Shown piece after piece: positions 49,865 through 63,039 of a stretch of DNA of 64,000 nt. The DNA is from Chiloscyllium plagiosum (taxonomy: Eukaryota). The position numbers and the translations under genes were made by a program. The notes under the pieces were generated by a model. The model saw nothing but the letters and a program-made list of their open reading frames with translations, was not told the DNA's origin and made no database searches. The stretch spans positions 45,969,897-46,033,896 of the forward strand of contig NC_057718.1 of NCBI RefSeq assembly GCF_004010195.1, in the 5' to 3' direction. The first letter of the stretch is position 1. Each line of letters opens with the position of its first letter.

Positions 49865-50170
49865 CCTTGAAGGTAAAAATTCTCTGAATAATGGGTGGGT
49901 CATTTAGAATTGAGATGAAGTGAAATTCCTTTGCTCAAAGGGTTGTGATGTTTTGGAATTGTCTACCACAGAGGCCAGTGAATGTGTAGTGATTGAGAAT
50001 AATCAAGTTAGAAATCAACACATTTTTGAAGTCTAAGAAAAACAAGTATGTAGACATAGTGTGGAAAAGAGACATTGACATGAAAGATCAATCACAATCT
50101 TGTTGAATGATGGAGCATGTTTGAGGGCTATATTTGTAACTCCTACTCCCATTATTTATGTTCTCATGAA
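49865..50170 (+). mobile_element. Old CR1 3' fragment
   Basis: Similar to 13580-13790 and 39290-39570. Confidence 0.65.
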
Positions 50171-50731
50171 CAGGTTGCATTAAGTAGAATATATCTCCTT
50201 TGTTTGCTACATGGTGAACAATGATCCAGTGGTGAGATGATGAGCCATTTAAGTTATATGTTGCCCATGTCTTGAAGTCTGGATTTGCTTATTCCTTGCA
50301 AAGCCAGAGCTTGGGCAATTTGATGCTGTCATAAGTATTTTAGCTTGCTCTGATCATACAAAATGAGAAAATCTTTGGCAAACCATTGTTCCATGAAGCT
50401 GGACACATAGTCCAAGTCTTAGTTCCCACATTGATTTAGTACATTTCTCCTTGCATGTGAGGTTTCAACAATTGAAGGAATTTGTTAAATTGCTTTATAA
50501 GATTGCCTCCTCAATCTTGGAACGAAAGACTGCAGTCCCCCAGTAAAGGCCAAGGAACTTGTTTGTTTGGGTGGCATGTTTTTGGGGGAGAGGAGAGGAA
50601 GTGGAATCTTTTGGGATTACCAAGACACAGAATGTGATTTATGTGCTACACCACTGCCCACCCTAACATCGCATGAATTAATGGTCAGATCTCTGAGTGC
50701 TCAGCAGCTTGCCTGAACTTTGCAAATGAAG

Positions 50732-51072
50732 CATAGAATCCCTACACGGTGGAAGTAGGCCATTGAGCTCATTGAGTCTACACCAACTTTCTGAAGAGCA
50801 TCTCACACAGACCTATCCCTGTAACCCTGCAATGCCCATGGTTAGTCCATCTGGTCTACACATCTCTAGACACTGTGGACAATGTAGCATGGCCAATTCA
50901 CCTAACCTGCACATATTTGGACCATGGGAGGAAACCAGAGCACCCAGAGGAAACCCATGCACACAGGAGGATAATATGCTAACTTCACGCAGGCAGTTGC
51001 CTGAGGTGGGATCGAACCCAGATCCCTAGCACTGTGAGGCAGCAGTGCTAACCACCGAACTACCGGGCTGCT
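50732..51072 (-). mobile_element. HE1-type SINE
   Basis: Reverse HE1 (CACTGTGAGGCAGCAGTGCTAACCAC) with tail CATAGAATCCCTACA. Confidence 0.88.
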
Positions 51073-53951
51073 CTGAAAGGCAATACCTGCATACAGTCTG
51101 AGTTGACTTCAGCCACCTAAAAGCAAAATTCCACAGATATTGGAAATCTGAAACAAAAACAGAAAATAACAGGAAATACTTGACATCTCTGGCAGCATCT
51201 ATGGAGATAAGATCAGAGTTAATATGTCCAACTGTGACTTTTCAGGAGAACATTCTTCAGCCAGATCTTTTTTGGGCTGGAGTTGAAATTTCCTCACTTC
51301 ACCTGCAACTTCTTCCCATCTTCATGTTTCATCACGTTAATGACATTTCTTTACCTATGAGTACTAGGCATTGAGCAACCCAAAAATTCAGCAAAGATTC
51401 CTGGGATATGCAGCATGCCCGAAAACATTCAATCAAGCTTGTTCTAGTCGAGAGTCGTGCTCAAGATGTTAGCTTATTTGTATTCTATCAGCTCTGACAA
51501 CAATCTTCAATGTAGACAAAATCTTCAACTTCGCTAAGTTATATGGGTTACTTCAGTGAAACTGATTCCTGAACAAGAAACATCAGATGTTGATGACTGA
51601 TCTGCATTTCTAAAGAATAAGACAAGCTGCTTTCTGATGGGTGTCCTTCTCACTTACTCATAAATAGGCTAAGTTAATACTGCCCATTATAGAAATGTAA
51701 AAACAAATGCATGTCTGTCTTATTTTCCATGGAAAGAAAAGGAAAATCAGTTTCCATAAATCAAACTTTCCAAATTTATCCTCCATGTATAGCAATTTGA
51801 ATCAAAGAAAACTTCTTTTTTTAACGTTTCACTAATTTGGAATTTGTCTGATGGATTGATGGAGCCCTGTAAGAAATAATTAATAAATGAGCTAACAACC
51901 ACATTTGAAGTAATAGAAAAAAAATACATCAATTCATTAGGTGATTGTGCAGTAGCATCGATTGCTCACAATTTTAGGGCCACAGTTTGTGATATTTTGT
52001 CAAAATTGCTTCAATAGTGCTCTTTTTGTTTTTTATTTAATTTTATATAGCTTGAGGAATAAACCACATAATAAATTCTAACCTTGAATAAGGGCAAATC
52101 AATACATTACAACTTCCACCAAATCCACAGTCTCTGGATTGATCAATCCCATTAAGAAATTGTGTCTTAGATGTTTAGGAAGTTAATTGTTTATTTCTTT
52201 CATTCTTGTGCATGTGTGATATCATTAACAAATTGGCATGCAAAATTATACTCCTCCATTGTATGGCTGGTGTCTGTGACAGGCTGGCTTTGTCTGATTA
52301 CAGCTGGAATAGAGTAAGTTGAGCATGTCTGTATTCTTCCTTTTTGTTTTAATTTGGTCTGCTTTTGCAGTCCCCTACCACATCAGTTTAAGAAATGGTT
52401 GCATCAGGTTTTGGGGAATGGGATTGGTTCCAAGTTCATTTGCAATCTAATACAAAAGAGAAACAGCAACATAAAGTTTAGATTGGCCAAATCTGGCTTC
52501 TGAATTTATCGAAATGAGGAAATCCTCACTGAAAGATAACATTTTGAATGTTTATTAAACTCTGCTTCAGAAGGTAGAGAGACATCTTAATTGCAGCAAA
52601 CTCCAACTAAAGCTCGGGCAACCCACTGATTTTAATTCTCGGAAAGCACTTACAAGGAATGGTAGATAAGGTTTCAGGACACAAATTATGTAGTTTCATT
52701 TAAAGGGAAAAATGGTGAACAAAATAACAGACGTAAAGTTCTTCATTCAGAAGGTCTTCTAATGGTGTATGTTTCTAATGTGTTCTGTAATCATTTCTCA
52801 GACAGCACCAATTGAAATACAGAATGTTGTTAGTATTGGGTTTAGATAGCATGACTTTAGATGGAATAAGTTATTGATTATTCCCCAGACACAATCAACG
52901 CCTTTGAAGAGTATATTGATAGATGCATATTATCTTCACTTGGGATGCCAGGAAGGATTGTGATCAGTGGCAATTAGAAGCTGTAATTATCTTCAGTGTC
53001 ACTGGAACTTCCAAAGCTCTGGTGGAACACCAAGTAAGTGTTCTGGCATTTTGTGATGCCCTTCCTCAGAAAAACTGAGATATGACTATGTTTTAAACCT
53101 GGAAAATAGTTGATGGTTAAATAAATGTGTATGTGGTGCTACGTCACCCACTGGGCCTTGCTCCTTTGTTGCACTTCTTCCTTCTCTGGGAAACAAAAAC
53201 ATTGCTAGATTTCCTGAGGAAATCTTGTTCCAAGAAATAGGAACAAGCTGTGCACAAATAACTTCAGCAAAGTTTCAATATCTGAAATAAGTTGGACCAT
53301 TTTGTTTTGAAATAAAGCCATGTTGATCTACAAAGTTCAAGGTTATCCAGATAAGTACATCTTTCAGATAAGTTCCATTACACTTTTTACATGAAGAGAT
53401 ACAGGTAGAGCTGCTGCTATGGGAGGTATCTGTATGGCTCATCATCAAGTTAAAAATACCTGTGAGGTAGTTTGGACAAGGCCAGCTTGTACACAGTAAT
53501 AACACAGGAAGCCTGACTGGAAAGGAACATCACTCACTGTTGACCACTAAAACAGAGCCTCTACTCATGGCATATACAAGCTAGTCCCAGCCCAGGACAG
53601 ACAGCTCTGCTTTATTGTTTTTGATATCTTGAAGTGCTCTTATACACAACTGATTGTTTTATTTTCCAACACCAAATCACCATGGCATTTCTTTTTCTCC
53701 ATCTATTAACCACCACCAGTAAATCCCTTGTGGCCAGTTGGATATTTACATGCAATTCTCAATATGGACAATGGAAACCATCAAAAGGTGAGGGGGAGGT
53801 AGGGAAAGTGGGAGGGGTCAAGAACAAAATAGACTTGGAGGGGGAAATAAAGTTCTCTATTCCTTTTGAAGGTGTCTGCTTTTTAAAAAAAAATTATCTT
53901 CTTTGTTTTGGTTTTTTTAAGTTTGTTTCATTTTGCTCTTATATATCCAGA

Positions 53952-54527
53952 GGTACAGGGAGAACTAGCCATTTGGATACAGAACTGGCTCAAAGGTAGA
54001 AGACAGAGGGTGGTGGTGGAGGGTTGTTTTTCAGACTGGAGACCTGTGAACAGTGGAGTGTCACAAAGGATCAGTGCTGGGTCCACTACTTTTCATCATT
54101 TATATAAATAATTTGAATGTGAGCATAAGAAGTATAGTTAGTCAGTTTGCAGATGACACCAAAATTGGAGGTGTAGTGGACAGCGAAGAAGGTTACCTCA
54201 GATTACAATGGGATCTTGATCAGATAGGCCAATGGGCCGAGAAGTGACAGATGGAGTTTAATTCAGAAAAATGCAAGGTGCTGCAAATCTTGGGAAAGCA
54301 AATCTTAGCAGGACTTATACACTTAATGGTAAGGTCCTAGGGAGTATTGCTGAACAAAGAGACCTTGGAGTGCAGGTTCATAGCTCCTTGAAAGTGGAGT
54401 TGCAGGTAGATAGGATAGTGAAGAAGGCGTTTGGTATACTTTCCTTTATTGATCAGTGTATTGACTACAGGAATGTCATGTTGCGGCTGTACAGGACATT
54501 GGTTAGGCCACTGTTGGAATATTGCAT
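53952..54527 (+). mobile_element. CR1/HER1 internal RT fragment
   Basis: [24 protein letters not shown]. Closely related to 59040-59610. Confidence 0.92.
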
Positions 54528-55878
54528 TACAGCTGCATGATCTTACCATCTGCTGACTGTGAAAGTATATGGAACAGTCATGGCATGTGCGGCCCTGCAA
54601 GGAGAGCCGTAAGGGCTATGTCAAAAGTGGCTGACTGTGGTACGCCATTTTATCACCACAGGGCTTCTAAAGCACTGGCATCAGGGACGCTGTGGACAAC
54701 ATAACAAACATTAATGACATAGCTTATAATTTTTATTGTTACTGAGGCTAATCGTGGAATATAAACAGCAGTATCTCTGAAGCTTTAAATATATAGTTGA
54801 GGAAGATATGCTATTCTGGTTCATTGAATACTCATTATGTGGCTTTGTGATAAACTTTGTTCTTAGCTTTCAGTATCCATGGCAACCAAAACCATATGTT
54901 TTGTAGACAACATAACATGTATTGATTCTATACATTAAGTTAAGTGTTATGCATATTTTCGATAAATAGTCAACTTTCCATCTATAGTGGCATCCTTCTC
55001 ATATCTATCATTTATTTATCTTTGATGATGGTAAAAGTGTAAATTTTTGTTGGTCCTGAAGCATCCACAGGTCTTTCACACAACTAATGTGTATTTTACA
55101 AAAAATGAAGATGCAATGGCATGCTTTCTCATCAATTGAAATCAAACCACGTTTTCAGAATTACACTGTTATGAGCAGAGCCTAGTTTAGGCAGTGGTAT
55201 AGAATTTAGCAAGACTGACACTACTTAACATTGCTGCATTGTTCCCCTTAGCTTCAGATCTCTCGATATTAGCAAGTGATATGTTTCGAGATCTTATGTG
55301 ACTCTGCAACACCAATCACCAATATCAGTGTAGCAGCATGCCTGGAAACTGAATAAGGCAACTTTGAGGTCTCAACTGATCATGACTGCCGCTGACTATT
55401 AAGCTGTAATGTTTTTGCGTTACAATAACAGGTGTTTTCCAAGGTTTTATGTTTCCAATTATTCTTATTAGTGTGCCTTATAACCCAATACCCTGAAAAT
55501 CCTACCTTTCCCAACCCAATAATTGGGCAAAAAGATATTGTGAACTGTATAAGTACCAACCACTGGGGTACTGCCATGTGAATTCTCCTTTCCCTGAATA
55601 GCCGAGTGCACAACCTGCGGGTTTATCTTAGACGGGGTTAAGTTCCAGTTCGGATCTACAAGGAGGTCCCAAACCCGTGTAGCAGGTAACTGGATTGTTG
55701 TAACCATCTTCCTGCAGGTAGCCCCCACCATTCAATGAAGGTCAATAGAATAGTTCTACATACACTACCCAATTAAAGACTGAGACACCTTTGTGTTGCT
55801 GAGCACTGTCTACTTGTTTTGGTAAGACTACTGAGGGTTTAGGTCTACCAAGCCCTTTAGTTGGGCCAGCAGCATGGG

Positions 55879-56010
55879 CCTCATTCCTGATGAAGGGCTC
55901 TGGCCTGCAACATCGATTTTCCTGCTCCTCAGATGCTGTCTGACTTGCTGTGCTTTTCCAGCAACACAATCTCAATTCTGATCTCCAGCATCTGCAGACC
56001 TCCCTGTCTC
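55879..56010 (+). mobile_element. Solo Penelope pLTR insertion
   Basis: Perfect 13-bp TSD CCAGCAGCATGGG (55866-55878 / 56011-56023). Starts 8 nt before CTGATGA; hammerhead GAAA mutated to GCAA. Confidence 0.88.
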
Positions 56011-56712
56011 CCAGCAGCATGGGAACCCAATCACTGTCTGTAACAGGATAGCAAGTGTGGAGGCAACCGCTAGGAAGGTGTCTCTGGGAAAGTACTTCTT
56101 CTCTGTCTGATGTGCAGCAATTATGGACTTAGTGGCCCTATTTGACCTGAATATTGGAGGCCCCAAAGCTCTTGGGAAAATTCTGCCTCTAAACTCTTTT
56201 TTACTTCATGGAATCTCCCTGATCTGTTAAGCATGTCTAATGTTCTTTGTTTGTTTTTATTTCAGGTTTCCAGCAACCACAGATTTTTTTTTTTGGCTTT
56301 TTATGTTACGTGGAAGCCTAGTTAGAACAAATGTTTACTAACCTTTCTGTTCAGCTAATTGGCACTAACTTTAAAAGCAAATTTGCTGCTTTTGGCTATC
56401 AGCCACATATGCTGATGGCTGAAAACAGACAAAGGGGATGTGCTAACCTCTGAGCTACCAATCAAAAGGGGACTTCTACTAATCAAGACCCACTCTTTGT
56501 TTCTCAAAACGCTGAGAGAACGTTTCCATTACCCCTGCCAGAGCTGTTAGTTTTGTGAAAAGTAGATACCTTGTAGATACCACAGCAGATCCAGAAACAA
56601 AAGTGCACAATACACCTCTCATGGTTTGTATAAACTAATAGCAAATAACAATATTGACAGAAGGCAAATTCTGGCGAAAAAAAAAGCCTTATAGTTATTA
56701 AATGCTGCAAGA

Positions 56713-59700
56713 TCCCTGGTGCCAGGATCAAGGATATCTCCGAGAGGGTGCAGAATGCTCTCAAAAGGGAGAGGGCCCAGCCGGAGGACATTGTACACAT
56801 TGGAACCAACGACATAGGAAGGGAAAAGAATGAGATTCTGAAGAGAGAAAATAGAGAATTAGGCAGGAATTTTAAAAGGAGGTCTTCGAGAGTAGTAATA
56901 TTTGGATTACCCCTGCTGCTACGAGCTAGTGAGGATAGGAATAGGAGGATAGAGCAGATGAATGCATGGCTGAGGAGCTGGTGTATGGGAGAAGGATTCG
57001 CATTTTTGTATCATTGGAATCTCTTCTGAGGTAGAAGTGACCTGTACAAGAAGGACAGATTGCACCTGAATTGGAAGGGGACTAATATATTGGCAGGGAG
57101 ATTTGCTAGAGCTGCTTGGGAGGATTTAAACTAATGAGGTGTGGGGGTGGGACCCAGGAAGATAGTGAAAAAAGTGATCAATCTGAGACTGGTACAGTTG
57201 AGAAAAGATGTGGGTCAAACAGTCAGGGCAGGCAGGGACCAAGCAAAGAACAAGGTAGGACTGATAAATTAAAATGCATTTATTTCAATCCAAGAGGCCT
57301 AACAGGGAAGGCAGATGAACTCAGAGCATGGTTAGGAACATGGGACTGGGATATCATTGCAATTACTGAAACGTGGCTCGGGAATGGACAGGATGGGCAG
57401 CTAAATGTTGAAGGATGCAAATGCTACAGGAAGGACAGGAAAGGAGGCAAGAGAGAAGGAGGGGTTTCTTTTTGATAAAGGATAGCATTACACCTGTACT
57501 GAGGGAGGATATTCCCGGAAATACATCCAGAGAAGTTATTTGGGTGGAACAGAGAAATAAGAAAGGGATGATCACCTTATTCGGATTGTATTATAAACCC
57601 CGTAATAGTCAGCGGGAAATTAGGAAGCAATTTTGAAAGGAGATTTCAGTTATCTTTAAGAATAATAGGGTGGTTATGGTAGAGGATTTTAACTTTCCAA
57701 ACATAAACTGGGCCTGCCATAGTGTTAAGGGTTTAGATGGAGAGGAATTTAAGTGTGTACAAGAGCATTTTTCTGATTCAGTATGTAAATGTACCGACTA
57801 GACAAGGTGCAAAACTTGACCTACTCATGGGAAATAAGGCAGGGCAAGTAACTGAGGTGTCAGTGGGCGAGAACTTTGGGGCCAGTGACCATAATTCTGT
57901 TAGTTTTAAAATAGTGATGGAAAAGAATAGACCAGATCTAAAAGTTGAAGTTCTATATTAGAGGAAGGCTAATTTTGATGGTATCAGGCAAGAACTCTCA
58001 AAAGCAGATTGGGGGCAGATGTTTACAGGTAAAGGGATGGCTGGAAAATGGGAAGCTTTCAGAAATGGGATAATGTGAGTTCAGAGACAGTATATTCCAT
58101 TAGGGTGATAGGAAAGGCTGGTAGTTGTAGGGAAAGCTGGATGATTAGAGAAATTGAGCATTTGGTTAAGAAAAAGAAGGAAGCATATGTCAGGTGCAGA
58201 CAGAATAGATCGAGTGAATCCTTAGAGTATAAAGAAAGTAGGAGTATACTTAAGAGGGAAATCAGGAGGGCAAAAAGGGGATATGAGATAGCTTTGGCAA
58301 ATAGAATTAAGGAGAATCCAAAGGGTTTTTACAAATACATTAAGGACAAAAGGGTAACTAGGGAGAGAATAGGGCCCCTCAAAGATCAGCAAGACGGCCT
58401 TTGTATGGAGCTGCAGGAGATGGGGGAGATACTGAACAAGTATTTTGCATCAGTGTTTACTGTGGAAAAGGGCGAGGAAGATATAGAATGTAGGGAAATA
58501 GATGGTGACATCTTGAAAAAATAGATGGTGACAGAAGAAGTAGTACTGGATGTCTTGAAACGCATAAAAGTGGATAACTTCCCAGGGCCTGATCGGGTGT
58601 AACCTAGAACTCTGTGTGAAGCTAGGTAAGTGATTGCTGGGCTTCTTGCTGAAATATTTGTATCACTCATAGTCACAGGTGAGGTGCTGGAAGACTGGAG
58701 ATTGGCTGACATGGTGCCACTATTTAAGAAAGGTGGTAAGGACAAGCAAGGGATCTATAGACCAGAGAGTGTGATGTCAGTGGTGGGCAAGTTGTTGGAG
58801 GGAATCCTGAGGGACAGGATGTACAGGATGTATTTGGAAAGGCAAGGACTGATTAGGGATGGTCAACATGGCTTTGTGCGTGGGAAATCGTGTCTCACAA
58901 ACTTGATTGAGTTTTTTGCAGAAGTAACAAAGGGAATTGATGAGGGCAAAGCAGTAGATGTGATCTATATGGACTTCAGTAAGGCATTTAACAAAGTTCT
59001 CCATGGGAGACTGGTTAGTAAGGTTAGATCTTATGGAATACAGGGAGAACTAGCCATTTCGAATCAGAATGGGCTCAAGTGTAGAAGACAGAGGGTGGAG
59101 GTGGTGGGATGTTTTTCAGACTGGAGGCCTGTGACCAGTGGACTGCCACAGGAATCAGTGCTAGGTCCACTACTTTTCATCATTTATGTTAATGATTTGG
59201 ATATGAACATTGGAGGTATAGTTGGTAGGTTTGCAGATGACACCAAAATCGGAGGTGTAGTGGACATTGAAGGAGGTTACCTCAGATTACAACAGGATCT
59301 TGATCAGATGGGCCAATGGGCTGAGGAGTGGCAGATGGAGTTTAATTTAGATAAATGCAAGGTGCTGCATTTTGGGAAATCAAATCTTAGCAGGACTTAT
59401 TCACTTAATGGTAAGGTCCGAGGGAGTATTGCTGAACAAAGAGACCTTGGAGTGGGGGTTCACAGCTCCTTGAAAGTGGAGTCACAGTTAGGTAGGATAG
59501 TGAAGAAGGCGTTTGGTATGTTTTTCTTTATTGGTCAGAGTATTGAGTACAGGAGTTGAGAGGTCATGTTGTGGCTGTACAGGACATTGGTTTGGCCACT
59601 GTTGGAATATTTCATGCAATTCTGGGCTCCTTCCTATCAGAAAGATGCTATGAAACTTGAAAAGGTTCAGAAAAGATTTACAAGGATGTTGCCAGAGTTG

Positions 59701-60145
59701 GAGAATTTGAGATATAGGGAGAGGTTGAATAGGCTAGGGCTGTTTTCCCTCGAGTGTCGGAGGCTGAGGGGTGACCTTATAGAGGTTTACAAAATCAAGA
59801 GGGACATGGATAGGATAACTAGACAAAGTCTTTTCCCTGTGATGGGGAACTAGAGGGCGTAGGTTTAGGGTGAGAGGGGAAAAATATGAAAGAGACCTGA
59901 GGGGCAACTTTTTCATGCAGACGGTGGTGCAAGTGTGGAATGAGCTGTCAGAGGAAGTGGTGGAAACTAGTATGATTGCAACATTTAAAAGGCATCTGGA
60001 TGGGTATATGAATAGGAAGGATTTGGAGGGATATATGCTGCGTGCTGGCAGGTGGGACTAGATTGGGTTGGGATATCTGGTTGGCATGGACAGGTTGGAC
60101 TGAAGAGTCTGTTTCTGTGTTGTACAGCTCTATGACTCTATGACT
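56713..60145 (+). mobile_element. Near full-length CR1/HER1 LINE (ORF1 esterase C-half, ORF2 APE-RT with stops and frameshifts, 3'UTR)
   Basis: ORF1: PGARIKD..VHIGTND. APE: YFNPRGL..DIIAITETWL, DFNFPNI, LDLL, SDHN. RT: YMDFSKAF, LPQESVLGPLLF, FADDTK. Tail CTCTATGACTCTATGACT. Confidence 0.96.
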
Positions 60146-60248
60146 TGTATGAATTAGGGCTAAAAAGATCAAAGTGTGGTGAAACAGCAACAGGGTACAG
60201 AGTTGGATGATCAGCTGTGATTATATCAGATGGCAGAGCAGCTTTAAT

Positions 60249-60553
60249 CATAGAATCCTTATAGTGGTAAGCAGGTCATTCAGCCCATTGAATCCACACT
60301 GCCCCTCTGAACAGCACCCACCCAGAACTACCCTGTTACTATATCCTTGCAACCCTACATTTCTCATGGTGAATCCACCTAACCTGCGTACCTTTGGACT
60401 GTGGGAGGAAACTGGAGCACCCAGAGGAAACCCACACAGACACAGGAACAATGCATTAAACTCCACATGGACAGCCGCCCAAGGTTGTAATCAAATCTGG
60501 ATCCTTGGCACTGTGAGGCAGCAGTGGTAACCACATAGCCACTGTGCCTCCTC
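60249..60553 (-). mobile_element. HE1-type SINE
   Basis: Reverse V-domain CTTTGGACTGTGGGAGGAAACTGGAGCACCC and head CTGTGAGGCAGCAGTGGTAACCAC. Confidence 0.88.
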
Positions 60554-60849
60554 ATAGTACATTTCTACATAGTCTGTCCTGCAGTATATTATTATCCTCC
60601 CAGTTCTTGTGCGGAGGGGTGCTATAAGTTACTCCCACTTTTTACTTATCTTATCCAAAATGAATCTACACCTTGATCTTTCAATTTGAAGGACCAAATT
60701 GCCTACCCCTGCTCCTATTTTCTATGTTTCTATGATTCTAACTCTCCAGTCTAACCTCATAAATGAATTTGATTCCTGTAACTGTTCTTGCAAGACTCTT
60801 CTGATTGATCACTTTCCTCATTATCTCCCTGGGTCCCACCCCACCACTT

Positions 60850-61783
60850 TACTAGTTTAAATCCTCCCAAGCAGCTCTAGCAAATCTCCATCAGTATACT
60901 AGTCCCCTTCCAGTTTAGGTGCAATCTGTCCATCTTGTACAGGTCACTTCAACCCCAAAAGAGATTCGATTGATACAGAAATGTGAATCCTTCTCCCATA
61001 CACCAGCTCCTCAGCCATGCATTCATCTGCTCTATCCTCCTATTCCTGCCCACACTAGCTCGTAGCATCGGGAGTAATCCAGATATTACTACACTCGAGG
61101 ACCTCCTTTTTAAATTCCTGCTTAACTCTCTGTAATCTCCCTTCAGAATCTCAACCTTTTCCCTTCCTGTGTCATTGGTTCCAATGTGGACAATGACCTC
61201 TGGCTGGACCCTCTCCCCCTTGAGAACATTCTGCACCCTCTCTGAGACATCCTTGATCCTGGCACCAGGGAAACAACACACCATTCTGCTTTTTCACTGC
61301 TCGCCACAGAAACATCTGCCTATGCCTCAGACTAGAGAGTCCCCTAACACAATTGATCTCTTGGAACCTGACGTACCCTTCATTATATTAGAGCCAGTTT
61401 CAATGCCAGAAACTTGGCTGTTAGTGCTACGTTCCCCTGAGAGTCCATCATCACCTATATTTTCCAAAACAGCATACTTGTTAGAAATGGAGATAGCCAC
61501 AGAAGACTCCTGCACTAACTGCCTACCTCTTACTTTTTCTGGAGTTAACCCATCTCTGTGGCTGTATCTGTGACCTTTCCCCCTTTGTATAACTGCTATC
61601 CATCACATTCCCTTGCTTTTGTAAATTCTTCATTGCCTCTAACTGTCTTTCCAATCAATCTATTCATTCTGATACGATTTGCAACCAATGGCTTTTATTG
61701 CAGATATAATCCTCAGTGACACATAAATGCTCCCTAAACTCTCACATCTGACAAGAAGAGCATATCACTCTACTGAAGGCCAT
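60850..61783 (-). pseudogene. CR1 ORF1: N-terminal zinc finger plus SGNH/GDSL esterase (disrupted)
   Basis: ATG at 61783: MAFSRVICSSCQM*EF...YICNKS (CxxC...Cxx[C]). Then SNKYAVL, IVLGDSLV (block I), CFPGA (block II), VHIGTND (block III) and D.LHLN (block V). Esterase-type ORF1 is known in CR1-clade elements. Confidence 0.88.
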
Positions 61784-62063
61784 TTTTGCTTCTTTCAACC
61801 TACAAACCAGAAAATAGCACTGTCTTATTCCTCTACAAAACACTGCTCTAGGTTAAATTAATGCTTATGACATACTTTTAAGTTTAATCAAGAGACATAT
61901 CTCAATAAAACATATAATCAAGAAAGAACCCACTCTACTCACTACTGCAGACTTACTGTAAAGTTACGCTTAAATATTCAGTTCTGTTTCTGTGCTGTGA
62001 CCTCTCCCAAACAGGTTCCTCCAAGATTAGTTGTGAATTTCACTGTTTGTTAATTTTCCCAGA

Positions 62064-62291
62064 TATTTCTATTTACAACTATAAAAGATAAGTACTTGCT
62101 TTATATGTTAGCAATTTTTATTGTAAATAAAAAGGGAAATTTTGAACAACATCACACAACGATGCACAGTAAACTCAAGGACACTTTTCTCTTGAAAGGC
62201 ATGCTTTGGACAAAGAGCATTGCTGAACTGAAGGCCATTCAGAAAGCTTAACAACTTTTTTAGATCAATAAAATTTAAACCTGCACAGAAG
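62064..62291 (-). repeat. 228-bp inverted local duplication (copy inside the CR1 5'UTR)
   Basis: Reverse complement of 63040-63267, ungapped, 6 mismatches in 228. Confidence 0.95.
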
Positions 62292-62639
62292 TGATACATG
62301 AATTCAAACAGCAAAGGTAGTAACTGTGCAGATTCACTGCTGTGTCAGTTTCTTTCTCTCTCTCTCTCTGTCTCTCTCCTGCACTGACCCCACCATGTGC
62401 TGCCTTTGTCTGTTCCTCTCCCTTTTAAGACTGCTGTTGTTTTGACATTTTTTTCTCCAACGTTCCAAAACAATGCAACAGCATATAAAACAGTAATTGC
62501 TGCTCCTGGAATTCAAGGAAATCACCTTCAACACCCAAAATACCTCAAAAAAGGAGCAGCTGTTACAGGCAGAAATTTTTACCATCCTCCATCTTTAGAT
62601 TAGATTAGATTACTTACAGTGTGGATTAAAGTTTGTGAT

Positions 62640-62960
62640 TGTCATCCATAAAGAGAATAAAGGCTAGGAGGAGATCTGATAAAAGTTTTCAGAACCATGA
62701 GTGGCCTAAAGAGAGCAGCTAGGGCATAACTGTTCCCGCTTGTAAACGAAATGAGAATGAACCGGTGCAGATTTGAAGTAGCAAATGTGATGTGAGAAGA
62801 AAACTTACTTGCACAATAAATGTTTTGGGTTTGGAGTGCACTGTTTAGCAGTGTGGTGAAAGCAAACTCAATTGATGCATTCATTAGATGATTATTTGGA
62901 CAGAAGCAATGTGTAAGAATGCAAAGAAGCACAGTAAATCATAATGTTTGTTTGGAAACC
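62640..62960 (+). mobile_element. Old CR1 3' fragment
   Basis: AGAATAAAGGCTAGGAGGAGATCTGATAAAAGTTTTC (RL.GDLI.VF) relic. Confidence 0.65.
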
Positions 62961-63039
62961 CAGTAAAGAAAGGATGAGCCATTTGCAACTGTGAAAGATT
63001 TCTTACCTTTTATTGGAAGATGGCAAGGATGAAATGATG

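Larger units (their letters stand above)
60775..62597 (-). mobile_element. CR1 LINE 5' portion (5'UTR and ORF1), 3'-truncated
   Basis: Homologous in reverse orientation to 56713-57200 and extends upstream through ORF1 into a putative 5'UTR that includes a (CT)n tract at about 62352-62378. The 5' limit is inferred. Confidence 0.8.

Noticed and set aside
53463..53484. TGAGGTAG seed suggesting a let-7/miR-98 microRNA (also at about 42639)
   Set aside because: Only the first 8-9 nt match, the remainder differs from let-7 family mature sequences, and I saw no let-7-like precursor hairpin.
58630..59559. 309-aa RT ORF as a functional gene
   Set aside because: It is a stop-bounded piece of a CR1 ORF2 that has multiple stops and frameshifts elsewhere.
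56713..61272. Inverted CR1 ORF1 segments as one twin-primed or inverted insertion
   Set aside because: The segments overlap in element coordinates and differ by more than 10%, so they fit independent copies better.
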